Assembly: GCF_009834535.1 (NCBI RefSeq)
Contig: NC_045707.1
Location: 48,858,001-48,922,000 of the forward strand
DNA: 64,000 nucleotides
Source: Camelus ferus
Lineage: Eukaryota
Direction: 5' to 3'
The position numbers were made by a program, and so were the translations under genes. Under the pieces are notes generated by a model, which worked only from the letters and a program-made list of their open reading frames with translations, ran no database searches and was not told the origin of the DNA. Below, piece after piece: positions 40,912-53,568 of the stretch. The stretch's first letter is position 1. Every line of letters starts with the position of its first letter.

Positions 40912-41187
40912 ACAAAACAAACTATAGTTACCAAAGGGGAAAGGGCAGGGGAGGGATAAATTAGGAATTTGGTACCAACAGATACGCATTACTATATATA
41001 AAATAGGTAAACAACAAGGATCTACTGTATAGCACAGGGAGTTATATTCAGTTTCTTTTACTAATGTAATGGAAAAGAATCTGAAAATATATGTACATAT
41101 ATGGATGCATATGTATAACTGAATCACTTTGCTGTACACCTGAAACTAACATTGTAAATCAACTACACTTTAATAAAAAAAAAAAAA
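40912..41187 (+). mobile_element. 5'-truncated artiodactyl-type L1 3' end with poly(A)
   Basis: GTTACCAAAGGGGAAAGGG...GGGATAAATTAGGAATTTGG...CTACTGTATAGCACAGGG...TAACTGAATCACTTTGCTGTACACCTGAAACTAAC...AATAAAAAAAAAAAAA. Confidence 0.9.
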
Positions 41188-41462
41188 GAAATCACTAAAA
41201 AAATTTAATACTGAGCCCCTAAAAAAGTTATTCTAGGCAAAAGTATCTTCCTCACAACTACTGCATACTCTTGCTGGAGCCCCAAGAAGAGAATTTATGG
41301 TTCCTGAGAAGTCAGAAGGTAGAAGAAATCTTGGTTTAACGTCATCCAGATGTTGGTCAGTTCATGCTCATTGTCGCTAGTCTGCAAAGTTTGAGCTCAA
41401 AAACAATTTGGAGAAACCTCCCACCTGGAGTTAAATTATGGCACTGTTTTACCACTATTAGA

Positions 41463-41656
41463 GGAGCTGTTCTCAAAGTGTCATCCTGAACCGGCAGCAT
41501 CAGCATCACTTAGGAGCTGGTCAGGAAGGCAAACCTCAGGTCCCACTCCAGGGCTCAGGAGTCCTGGAGAAACCCTAGAAGGGGTCCTGGCCATCCATCA
41601 GTGATTTAACAAACCCTCCAGGTCACTCTGATGTATCTATGGTAAGAGCAGCACTG
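41463..41656. mobile_element. MER5A-like hAT-Charlie MITE
   Basis: GTTCTCAAAGTGT...GGCAGCATCAGCATCACTTAGGAGCTGGTCAG...TTTAACAAACCCTCCAGGTCACTCTGATG...AGAGCAGCACTG. Confidence 0.8.
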
Positions 41657-42248
41657 AACTAGAAAACATCCCCAAACTTAATGTCTCTTTTCTCAGAGTA
41701 TCATTTGAGATATTTCTATTTCTTCGTACAATTTTTAAATAGCCTGTCTCCTAGCACAGGTGACTGATGGCAGGCCTAATCGCCAGGTCTGCCTGAAGCT
41801 TCTTTTTCTTTATGCAAACGCAAAGCCCTTGAATTCCCATTTTCCTGCTAAGCCCTGGGTTTCTGGTACCTGGTGCTGCTTTGACTGTGTGTTCTGTCAG
41901 GTGACAGGCTCTCTTGTAAGCAAAGATTTTTAGCCCAGGGTTTCTCCAGCCTGGAAGCTATGTGCCCCAGGGGCTTTTAGCCTTGCTTGTGCTGTGGAAT
42001 TTAAGAAATCTGCCTCCCGGAGAGTTCCTGCCTCTTAGGCTTTTTGTTTCAGCTGGAGAATCAGCCTCAGCAGATTCCTAAACTGAAGATTCTGTTGTTT
42101 CTGAAGCCTGTGGCCCTTGGGAGGCTAGTAAAAAAACAATCCTTCTACCGTATTCTCATCCAGACTTTACTCAACATGTCAAAGTTCCAGGACTTAATTA
42201 GCATTTCTGTCTCTTATGTCCTATTCTGCAGAACAAATTTCTCCTCTA

Positions 42249-42380
42249 GCATGGTGGTTTCTCAACTTTGGCCATATATTTGAATCACCTCTCGAGTTTT
42301 AAAACATCCTACTGCGTAGCCCCCCCCGCCCCCCCCGACTATTAAAATGAGAATCTCTGCAGGTAGGACCCATGTATTTG
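42249..42380. mobile_element. MER5-like fragment
   Basis: GTGGTTTCTCAACTTTGGCCATATATTTGAATCACCT...TGAGAATCTCTG. Confidence 0.6.
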
Positions 42381-43985
42381 ACTTCCCTTAGCCATTTTTC
42401 CAGTGTGACTGTTACTATTTTTAGTTTAACCAGTTTAATGTGCTTTTTAATTTGGTTCCTTTACTTCTGTAGTACTGTGCTAATGAGAGCCTTCTCTTTT
42501 CTTTCTGGTTCAGACCTTTGTTTTTCAGATACAGTCTTCTAGATTTTTTTCTTGTAGCATCTTCCATAGAGACATTAAAAATCAATAAATTATAAATCTG
42601 ACAAAAGTAACATTCTTCAAAGAAGTGTTTGGAAATCTTTACCTTGGATTTTCTAACCTTGAACATGTTCTCCCACCATATTTGTTTCTAACCCAGGTTT
42701 GGACTTGACCTGTTATTGTCCTGCCTAGCCTTTTTTTAAGATGCCTGATTTTCATTGGATCTTCCCTAATTCCACAAATTTCTCATTCTAACACTCCTAG
42801 GGCAAAGTACGGTAAAACTTGTCTTGAGTTTGCTAGGAACAGAGGCTTACGTTGTGTTTGTTTAGGCGCACACACACACACACGAAATAATTCAAGAATT
42901 ATTGCTTGGTAAGGTTGTCATCCACCAGGTTGTACAATTAATTGGCTTGTGATATCAGTGTACCCTATACGAGGTGCAGATAGGTGGGCCCCAAAGGATA
43001 CTCACTGTCACATCATGCTGTTATTTTTGCTAACATTCAATGTGGGCTTTAATACAGTAAATGGTATGTATGCCAATATACATTAAATACTCCATTTCTT
43101 AACATATATAAGAAGAAAATAAATAAAATATATCTAAAAGACATTGAGGCTGGATCAATGTTTTTGTAAGGGTGTTCTCTCTGGAGTAGTGATATCAAAA
43201 CTCTGATTAAAGACATAAATATGAAAGAAATCAAATCCAGGACATTTAAGATAAAAATCCACCCTAATAACTATGTTGAATCTATCTATAACACACATAG
43301 AATGGTGACTGAAGGGGATGCATACATTTTGGTACTGAGATTATAAAGGAGGATCACAGGGTGAGATACTGCCACAGCCAGTTAACTACTACTCAGCCCC
43401 CTTCTCCTATTGGCAGGATGATTTTTGTCATGCTGGTGACGGTGAAGCCTTACGACAGACAACAAATTTAAAGATTCTGAACCCACGGAAGACAGCCCTC
43501 TCTTCACCTTATGCTGTTACAGAGCTGACTTACCTGGGGGCCTTTGTTCTGGTCTACAGTCACCAACAACCTTTCGATTATAATTAGGCCCCTAAGTGAG
43601 GCTACAGAGACTACAGAAAACATATTGGTGGCCATAAGAGGGTTCAGGTTAGCATTCTGGTTTAGTACAGTTTTTTGAATTTGTTTAAAGTGATTCTCAC
43701 CCTAAGAGATAAAGTCAAACTTCTAACTTTGTAAGATTTTGCAATATTTTACCACTGATACTGAATAGGAGAAAACAAGTTTAGTGTAATAATTATTTTG
43801 AAGGCAGTTGGCTATTAGCTGCTCCTCCGTGAGACATCCTCTGTAAATGCACATGTTTTCCTATTTAAAATGACTATAGTTACCCTCTGGTAATATACAC
43901 ACCGTCATCATCATCACCATCATCACTATCATCACGAGTGAACAGCAGTTGTATGCACAGAAGTTCTACATATTAAAAGGCATAG

Positions 43986-44086
43986 CTTGTGCATGCATGA
44001 CTGGGACATTGTGCTGTGTATCCGAAATTGATACATTATAACTGATGGTACTTCAATTAAAAATAAATAAATAAATAAGAATTTTA
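43986..44086 (+). mobile_element. ~100-bp truncated young L1 3' end (camelid-type) with TSD
   Basis: CATGACTGGGACATTGTGCTGTG...GAAATTGATACATT...TACTTCAATTAAAAATAAATAAAT, flanked by AAAAGGCATAG (43975) and AAAAGCCATAG (44087). Confidence 0.8.
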
Positions 44087-45310
44087 AAAAGCCATAGTTC
44101 ATTATAGTTTGTGTCTCAATAAAGTCTGTGTTAGAAGGAACAATTTGCTTTGTTAGGATGGGAAAGATTAAAACTTAAAAAAAAAATACTAAATTACTCC
44201 ATCATAAAATAAAGAGCTGAGTTTGAAAGGTTCCAAGCATCTTGGTTTTCAGTCCAACTTCTTTGTTTTCAATTACTGTGACTTGACTCTCTCTACCTCC
44301 TCCCATCCTCATGAGATTACTGATTTCAGCCCACACCAAATTGTCCTTCTGGCATCCTTACTTGGGGAACAGGGGCAGTAAGGGGAAAGGGAACACGAAC
44401 TGACTTTGCTATTAGATAGCTGTTTCTAAAGCCTTTGCCAAAATTCCCTACCAGTAATATTTGGAGACATTCAGTTAGGGTTAGAGAATACATTTTGTGA
44501 GAAGTAAGATATTGGACACCTATTAAGTTTCTGGAGCCTAAGGGGATGATGGTGAATGGAGTCCTGAATAAACTGGGATAAAACTGAAGTAAAAAATCTT
44601 TCTGGCAAGTAAAAGTGAAATATTGCCATTTTCTGACAAAAAGAAAAGGAAATGAGAAAATAAACACGTGAACAAAGAAAAAAACGCTAAGGTCCCAAAA
44701 GAGACACAGACTAGAAAGGGTATGATTAAATGAAACCTTCAGATCACCAGTTCTTGCTTCTTTTAAATTGAATTTTACACTTAAACATTGCATTGGATAC
44801 AAAGAAGCATTACCATTTAGGGGTATGGATCTACGAGGAATAACCATAAATTAGGATAGATTTTTAAAAACAAAGAAAACATGTACATGTTTTCAGAAAT
44901 AATATCCCAGCAAGTCAACATCAAATGCTATGATGATTATGATGACTACTATGTTGATATAAACAAAAGCCATTGACTACTTTTGATTTTGACTTGCATA
45001 TACTCATTCATTATATAGATTTATTAATTTTGACTTAAGTTAATAAAAACTGAGATTTAAAAAATAAATGAATTAAAATAATGGCGAATTCACTAAATGC
45101 AGTAATATATTTCAGTAAGTACTATACCAAATAACCAAGATCAAAAAACAGTTGTTTGTAAAAAAGAAATTAGAGGGGATAGACAAAAAATGTGCTTGTA
45201 TTTTTTTCCTGATGTCAATGATGTCAATGCTAGGTAAATCAACTCCAAAAATATTAAAAATTGTCCCATCAGTATAATTAGGAAATGGATAAGAAAACAA
45301 ATTGAAAAGG

Positions 45311-45740
45311 TCTATATTAGGGCAACTTACATTAGTAGCTGTAACAAACAATTCAAAATCCCGATGGCTTAATGCAGTAAAAATTTATATCTTGCTGACA
45401 TGAATACCCAGTTCAGGTCAACAGGTTTACTGTCTCCCAAGTTGTTATTCAGGGATTCAGATATCTTTTATGCTAGAACATCACCATCCTCACCTTTGGA
45501 CTTCAAGGTCATGGCAGATCTTCTGTTGACAGATTGAAGAGAAAGAATGTGGAGAAAGTGTACTTACGCTTTGCTGATTTAGACCAGATGCTGCACAAAA
45601 CTTCCCCTTCCAATCAGTTGGCAAGAACTATCCACGTGACCCGACCTAGAATCAAAGAAAGTGGAAAATGTATTTTAGCTGAATGCTCAAGAAGAAAATG
45701 AAAGAGTTTGGTGAATATATGAAATTGTCTTAGCCATCAT
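45311..45740 (-). mobile_element. MaLR LTR (MLT1J/K-like)
   Basis: AGCTGTAACAAACAATTCAAAATCCCGATGGCTTAATGCAGTAAAAATTTAT...TTGGCAAGAACTATCCACGTGACCC. Confidence 0.7.
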
Positions 45741-46149
45741 GTTTAACCTGGCTAAAGCTTAATTCTACATAATATTTATTTCTCACAACAGTAATAAAAA
45801 TTGTAATAAATGCTGTTTGAATTTTACAATCTACCCACATCAATGTTATATGATTTTTTTTTTAATACTTGTCAATTTCAGGGAAACAGAATGACTGCCA
45901 AGCACTCCCACAGGGCAACATGGCCTTGATATGGTCTTCAGGCTTCAGATTCAGCAGCTGACTAACGTAATCAGTCATGGTCAAATCAGACTGTAGGTTG
46001 ATGAATGACACCAAGAAAAAATCATGAGGCTTAAAATATGTACAAGAAAGTCCATTTATGAATGTGAATATTAAGTCATTTCCAGTGATGATAATGCTCA
46101 CTTTTTCGATCTAGAGCCCCTTTCTCAGATTTTCTTTTTTGGCTGAGTA

Positions 46150-46395
46150 CAGGTTCAGTGTTAAGGAAGTTGTGTTGTTCTGTGGCAGTATTAGTAAGAT
46201 TCTAATCCTGGCCTTCCTACATAGAAGCTGTGTGATCGCAAGCAATTTATTTAGCCCTCCCTGCTTCCATCCTCAGTTTACAAATCTATTAAATGTACAC
46301 AATTATTATACCTTCTACAGAAGGTTGTTCTGAAAATTACATGCAAATCAATGAAAATCTCTTAAGTTTCTCACATGTAGTGAGTATTTCCAACC
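46150..46395 (+). mobile_element. MIR SINE remnant
   Basis: TTCTAATCCTGGCCTTCCTAC...GCTGTGTGATCGCAAGCAATTTATTTA...CCTCAGTTT...ATACCTTCTACAGAAGGTTGTTCTGAAAATTA. Confidence 0.65.
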
Positions 46396-47622
46396 ATGCC
46401 AGTTATTTTCACCCAGCCAGTGATGAGATCCAGGAAAACCTCTCCTCTCCATGACAGAAATGATCTCTTTAGTGACTATTACTTATGTTCAACAAATTTA
46501 ATACTTCCTCCAAACAATGCTGGCTACAATAACATACTATTCTTCCTTGAATTTGATTTTTCTAGACCGCAATCTTCTTCAGTTTACTTTTTCTTTCTTT
46601 AACTATATTATCATCACTAATATCATCAAGAGTCTGATAGAAGAAGCTGCTGCCAAGGGCTTGGGAGGAATGGCCTCTTCTCATTGTGCATTTTTAAGAT
46701 CAGTCCTACATCATAAGAATAATCTAAAGTAACTTCGGTTTCTTGGGTTGGAGACCTCACAGTGACTCTATCCTTCACCCTATTTATACAGAAAAATCTG
46801 TAGTTTTTTCTGTTCCAATGGAAACAATTACATCTTCATTCTTGGATGAACATCAAAGAGTCAACAAGGATCTCAGTATCTATACATGCTTTTACATTTC
46901 TCTTCCTTCAGGGCTTTACTGTACTGCCCTGTTTCCCAACTGCACATACAAAGAAAAGATTAGTAAAGTTTCCCATCTCTGCCTAAGTTGAGGTGTTAAA
47001 ACTATAGGAAGTACACTTGAGATAAAGAAGATGTGAAGAAAGATAGAGGAAACTTTCAGGACTGGTTATTAATTGACCTCTTAGAGCTAACACGTACTCA
47101 GGCAGGGTCATTACAGTCCCAAAATCCAGGTAGCATCATTTACGTAGAGTACCAAATGAAGAGTGCCTTTAGGAATTCTGCAATGCAGTGGCTCTCACTC
47201 TGAGCATTTAATTTCAACTTTCCCTTAAATATAGAACCAACACCCTTCGATCAGCAGCAGATTCAAAACCAGTGTCATCAAGTGAATTCAGAGCACATTT
47301 TCTTTCATTTCCTTTCACAATATGTTTGCACCTACAGTGAATGAAAGTCCATTGGCAGATGTGGAGATGTCTGAGCCATTAATTACTGTAATCTCTTTTA
47401 CATTTGCTCTCATGTATTTTTAGTATGTTGAAATATTTTCTTATTCTGATATTCAAAATAAACCTTTAAAGTATCAAAAATGCCATTGTTTACTAATTCA
47501 ACAGTACTTATCAAGAGGCCTACTAATTGCTAGGTACATTGGGAATATAATGATTAAAAATGGTATTAACCCTCATGGGAAAATAGATTTTAGTCAATAT
47601 TCACATATACACCATAAAAACC

Positions 47623-48126
47623 TGTACCAGTTATCTTGTACTGTGTGACAAACAGTACCAAATTTTGGTGGCTTAAAACACCCATTTATTTAGTTCACAA
47701 CTTCATAATTGAGCAACTTGGGCTGTGCTACGCTTTCAGTTTGCCCTGGGCTCACACTCATGTTCCTTCAAAACCAGCTGCTGGGTTGGTTCAGGGCTGG
47801 CTGGCCTAGGTTGAGCTCAGCTTATGTGGCTTTCCTCTACTCTGTGTGCTCTTTCAACAGGCTCGTGCCGGCTTGTTTATATGGTGCCTGCGAAGGGCTC
47901 CTAGGGAGTAAATGAAAACCTGCAACGTTTCTGGGGAACTACCCTCAAAACTGGCACAACGTCAATACATTCTGTTGACTAAAACGAATCAGAAGGCCAG
48001 TCTAAATTCAAAATTCAAGGAATAAGAAATTAGCATCTACTTTTTGATTGTAGGAGTTGAAAAGTCATGTTGCAAAGGATCTAAGGAAGGGAATAACTGC
48101 AACAATTAAAAAACAAAACTACCAGA
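47623..48126 (-). mobile_element. MaLR LTR (MLT1G/H-like)
   Basis: TGTACCAGTTATCT...TGTGACAAACAGTACCAAATTTTGGTGGCTTAAAACA...CATTCTGTTGACTAAAACGAATCAGAAGGCCAG...AAAGTCATGTTGCAAAGG. Confidence 0.75.
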
Positions 48127-48264
48127 AATTCAATGGTGGATGTGCCAATAGAAGTATACAAAGTTCTGAGGGCCACCAAACATGTTTGTCTAAGTTTCAT
48201 TTATCATGAGATGTGTCCTCGAGGAAGTAAGACTTGAACTAGATATAAGAGACAGATAAGTAGT

Positions 48265-48422
48265 TGCAAGAAACTTGGGGAGGTGTTGGATATCTCTATT
48301 ATTTTGAATGTAGTGATGGCATCACAGATGTTTGCATACGTCCAAACTTACCAAATTGTACACATTAAATATGTGAGGTTCTCTGTATATCAATTATACT
48401 TTCAATAAAGTTGTTAAAAATC
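48265..48422 (+). mobile_element. Old L1M 3' end
   Basis: GTCCAAACTTACCAAATTGTACACATTAAATATGTG...TATCAATTATACTTTCAATAAAGTTGTTAAAAA. Confidence 0.8.
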
Positions 48423-48632
48423 AAATAAGGGAAAAGAGATGAGGAGTGGAGGGAGTTCCAGGCAGAACGACCAGTGCATGCAAATGTCCTTGTAGAAGAA
48501 GGAGCACAGAGAGTATAAGGAACTAAAGACTGCCAGTGCTCATAGGGCACAACTGGCAGGAGAGGGAGGAAGGGGACATTGGGAGGGCAAACCATGCAGG
48601 ACTCTGTGAGTCAAAGAGTTTTACATTCCTGT

Positions 48633-48860
48633 TAATAATAACAACAAACATTTCCATAGCACTTACTATGTATCTGACATTATTCTAGGAGTTTCACATG
48701 TATTAATGTCCTCCTTCTAACACTATTTATTTATAATAATATTTATATCAGGATTTTACAAATAGATGTTCAGGGACGTAACATAACCTGCCCAAGGTCT
48801 CACAGCTAGGCTAGATTCAAACTCATCTAGGCTGGACCCTTCCTCTTAATCAATATGTGA
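48633..48860 (-). mobile_element. MIR SINE
   Basis: CATAGCACTTACTATGTATCTGACATTATTCTAGG...TAACCTGCCCAAGGTCTCACAGCTAG...GATTCAAACTC. Confidence 0.75.
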
Positions 48861-51800
48861 CAGTGTTTCTGCTAGGCCATTGTTCCTGTGGTTACCAAGA
48901 GCAACAAAAAGCCACTGAGGGATTAAGACAGGCCAATTTTGCATTTTTAAGAGTTTATTCTCACTGCAGGGTGAATATATAGTAGAGGAGATCCCAGCTT
49001 CCTGTAAGTAGACTATTTCTTTATTCCAGGCAAGAGAACATAGTAACTTAGATTATGGTGATGGTAGTAGACAGGGAGGAAAAATCATGGTATTGATAGA
49101 TGTTTAGAGAATATTAGTGACAGGTAAAATGGACAGTTGATCATAACTTAAAAGTAATGCTTGGCTCAGATATTTAGTCTGGTTGATGAGATAAAGACTG
49201 GCGAACCTTATGTAATTTATAAGTTCACTCATTCAGTTAGTGATCCTTTCATTCACTCATAAAGGCAGGCATCAAATCTGAGTAACCTGAATTCTTTCAC
49301 AGCATTCTTTCCATCACACATATATTACATTTTCACTGAGTTTCCTCATTGGAAACTTAGTGCAGATTAAGTGCAGAGATTAAGAATTATTAAAACATCA
49401 AAACCCAAAATACATTAAGTTTCATTAATTTAAACACAATGCTTAATGGCAAATGGTTTGTGACCATCCTGAACAGGTAATATCAGCATGTTCAACAAGA
49501 AGTCTCTGCCGAAGGGTTTCAGTGGCAAATGAGACGACCAGGAAGAAGTGTGACTGCTGTTTCTGAACACACTCATTTTTCATACCTTCACTCTGAAACT
49601 AAGACAAATAAATTAAGCAGGATTAATGACAGTAATATGGTTGTATAGATCACTTAGATGTGCTTTTTGTTAAGGGACAAATGGATTTGATTAAAATTAT
49701 CTTTAACCAAATGTTATTGTCACTTAAAATGGTGCTGAGTACTTTTACAGAAAGACTCTTCTATGGACAACTCTGTTGATTATCGGAGAATGAGTCTCTA
49801 ATCTTTTGCAGTATTGTTAATAACAAAGTAAATATTACCGATGAAAGTCTGAGTACACAGACTCTGGTACCAGAAATGTAACTGAACCACTTTCTGTAAG
49901 AGTTCTTCTTTTTCCAACAAGCAGAAATTTTGTCTAAGACATCTCAGGGTCATTTCAGCCCCCCTTTCCCTGAGACTGCGTGGAGGTGTTGAGTTGTTTA
50001 CATGGAATTAAGGCCATGCCAGGTGTGGAGGCTGAGGCAAGGCTGAGGACTCCCCTTGGCACTATTATCTCTCCAGCCTGACATCTGCTGAGAACTTACT
50101 CTACCCAGATCATTGCCTGTAGGCTATGAACTTGCCATCTCTGGTAGAGATGTACCTCCTTCATGGACATGCAAGGTACTCTAAACACAGTCTACCATGG
50201 CACCAGTTATCTACAGTTCCAAGGCCAGTAAGCAAGATACTACACATAGACAACCAACCAACTCCAAGATGTACCCTGCTGGTATTAGGTCAACAAGCTA
50301 AAGCAAATGCAGCAGTGACAAAGCTCAAGGTCATATGTGGGACTTACCCTGCATTGTGTTTTTAAACTTTATGGAAATATAATGAACTGATTAAAAATTC
50401 AGTTGAGTAGGGAGCAAGTCAGAGTAAAATAAGGAGGTAAAAAGAAAAAGAATGGAGAAAAACTCCAAAAGAGTGAATATTTATATCAGAGGCTCAGTTA
50501 TATTTGCATTTAAGTGTTACCAATTGTAGCCTAAGGAAGCAGGGGTGGGGGGGGGTGCAGGGGGTGGGCGCGCATGGCAGGGATGTTTTCTGGCCACTTG
50601 TGTTCACTCCCAAATTTAGGTTTCTGCAGCATAAGCGTAAAAGTCTGCTGCATGGAGAGCCAGGTGGTCACGTTTCCCTGGCCTCGTTTCTCTGCACGCA
50701 TTGCCTCACAACTTCATGTCACAGTATGAACATTGCTAAAGAGGGAAAGAAGACAGAAGCCTAAATCACTTCTATCTGATGGTGAGAATAAAGGTGTCTG
50801 CAATGCCAAAGGCTCTCCAGGCACAGGACTTGGAGGTTACAGTTCTGCAATTCTGCTGAACTGAAAAGGCATTCCTTTTCCTTGGTCTTAAAAGTTGTTC
50901 AACGTTCACATTTTATTAGCAAGTAAGCATGGACAAAACAGTTTTTGATAAACACAAAAGCTGTCTTGCCTCATTATACTGACAACAAGTGAGATCTTAC
51001 AGCTTCACATCAAATCAGTGGAAAAACAATTATCTGTAAGGAGTATGTGCAAACGTTTTTCCTACAAAGCTACAGATTCAAGGCAACGTGTCTGGAATGT
51101 GTTTCTCCCTTTAGGCTGCCTCCATTTCATGAAACATCTGTCTCAATTTCCGCTCTTCCTGGAGCCTCCTTTTGGTCTCTGCAAATCCATTCCTTCTGAA
51201 TCTGCCTCCTTCTGACCCTGCAGATGGAAACCTTATGTCTCTCTGTTTAAGGAAATGTGCCCAATCTTCTGAAGCAGAGATTTCTGGACAGGTTTTAGAA
51301 TACCTTCATGGATGGCTTTCTAGTGCACCAAATACATATAATTTGCTTTTGGTTTGCTTTCATGCTTTAAATGCATTAAAGTAGGCACTAATATATTCTT
51401 TGGTATTTCTTAGCAAAATCTCTAAAATTAAACTTAGAGCTGCGAATTAGATGCATTTTGGACAGCAAATTTTAAAATTACATTCAAGAAGTGCTTGTTG
51501 ATCACCTATTACGCTACAGCCTTGAGGTACAGAGATAAAAGGCATCACTCAAGGTGTATATCAAGTAGGCTCGTATTGGCAGAAAACTGATGGAACAAAT
51601 ACCCTACAACGTAGGAAGGGCTGAAATGGAGAAACTACAGAACAGAAGGAGACACAGGTCAGCAAAGTGAACTGACAAAAGAAAGTTCAGTGCTCCTTTG
51701 AAAGGGTAACTTTCATTTGTGAAGCCATGTATTCAAATGTTATCAAAGTGACATTAAATTATAAGTCAATCTTCAAATCTTACGGTTATCTTAGACATCT

Positions 51801-53029
51801 AAGATATTCAGAAAACATCTGACTTAATTATGCATTTATTTTTTACATGAAAGTAATAGCTTACATATCATTTTGACATTAAATAAGTTAGAGTTATTTG
51901 TGTGTTTTTTTGCTTGTTTAATGAAAGCAAGTCAAGAACGTGGAAAGAATCCAGAAGCTCTATCAAGGGGATAAAGGGAGAACTGGGGAATTCTGAGATG
52001 CCATGAGGAAATTAGGCCCCAGAGGGTGGTTCCTGCATGCTGACAACCAATTGTCTTAAGCAGATTTCCTGCCCAAGGTTACAAAAGGTTGTCAGGGAAG
52101 CAGGTGTAGGGAGGTAGGTGTTTATTAAATGGTACAAAGGAATAGATTTTGAGACGAGGGAAGGAAGTTCAGAGTATGTGGTTTTTCTAAATGCAGTGCT
52201 CTCAGAAGCAACAGCTCATTACTTAAAATATGCAAGTAAGAAGAGAAAAGCAAGTGTAATCTAAAACAAAATCCCTGAAAAAAATCTGTATTTTTTTCAA
52301 TTCTATAAAAGTGTTTCCTATTGTCAAAGCTCTCAAAAATGTCAATTTTAACATACCCAAATCTTGCTGGTAATACTTGCTATTCAGATAACAGTGAAAA
52401 TACATGAGAAATGGTGTATCATAATCAAATTGTGTAGTTTTCACGGTTCCATGTATTTTATTTTAGTATAAAGGATATTTTTTCACTAAAAAGACAACTG
52501 GAGACCTGTAAGTCTTTGTAAAGGGACAGAATATTTAAATCTAGAAAGCCAAGAATTAAAAGGACTGGAAAATACGCATCAATTCCATATTGGTTATTGT
52601 CTTCAAGGAGAGTAGAATTTTGGCTGCAGGGTGAAGGGGGTTTTTGGGTTTCACTCTGCACACTTCTGGATTAATTTGAACCTTTGACAATAATAATGCC
52701 TTCTTGCAATGCTGTGTATTTAGAATACAATAAATGAGGTTTTTTTAAACCTATCACATAAACACGTAAAAGCGTTTAAAAGAGCAAGACCAAAGGGGGG
52801 AAAAAGGCACTGGAAACTATTACTAAGATTTGAGAAACAAAGTTAATTAAAAACAACAACACTAACTAGAACCACATGTGGCCTCCCAGGCAAGCCACAT
52901 CATACTGTGTTGAACTTGGAACACGAGCAGCCTCTTGTGGCAAAGATAGACATAATTTAAATCTGTGTCCCTGACACAGAGGGCGATGGAAAAGGCTGCC
53001 TGCCTGAGGAAATTCTGCTTCTTTTTCAG

Positions 53030-53198
53030 ATTCAAAAAGTGACAGTGATGCCTTCGGAGAACAGAGAGCTCCTCACCCCGCCCCCACAGCCAGAGGAGGC
53101 TGAAGAGGAGGAGGAGGAGTCCACCCCTAGGCTGATCGATGGCTCTTCCCCTCAGGAGCCGGAATTCACAGGGGTTCTGGGCCCACACACCAATGAAG
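53030..53198 (+). CDS. EPYC: Epiphycan exon 3 (GAG-attachment/poly-Glu region)
   Basis: Acceptor CTTCTTTTTCAG|ATT, IQKVTVMPSENRELLTPPPQPEEAEEEEEESTPRLIDGSSPQEPEFTGVLGPHTNE, donor AAG|GTCAGG (phase 1), 169 nt. Confidence 0.95.
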
Positions 53199-53544
53199 GT
53201 CAGGTCCATCAAAGCAGAATTGTAATGACTCCCGTTTGTTCATCCCTCAAAACTGCCAAGCTCCAACTCCGCAGGGAAAGCCATGTGACCCACAGAGAAA
53301 GCTTTGCAATAGGCTAGGTTTGAAGCAGAAGATTCTGTATTAAAATAATCAGGCTGTTTAAATAATTCAGTGTTGGCATGATGGAAATTTTCAAACAACA
53401 AAAGATTCTGGATGAAAATATTTGTCTGGCATGATTACCCAAAAGTTTTGTGGTGGAATGCATTTCTAGAACAAAGGATATACTATTAGCAAGGTCAGTG
53501 TCTGAGAGATCAGGCTATGGCAGTTCGAAGTGATAAAGTGATGG

Positions 53545-53568
53545 ATGATGATGATGATGATGATGATG
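53545..53568. repeat. (GAT)8 microsatellite beside a minus-strand MIR remnant
   Basis: GATGATGATGATGATGATGATGAT directly visible. Confidence 0.85.

Larger units (their letters stand above)
47490..49130 (-). mobile_element. L2 remnant split by MLT1, L1 and MIR insertions
   Basis: L2 tail AATTCAACAGTACTTATCAAGAGGCCTACT; body GAGTTCCAGGCAGAACGACCAGTGCATGCAAA and ATTCCAGGCAAGAGA. Confidence 0.6.

Noticed and set aside
44326..44847. 173-aa minus-strand ORF (longest in the track)
   Set aside because: No recognisable domain, composition reflects T-rich DNA, and there is no splice or promoter support.
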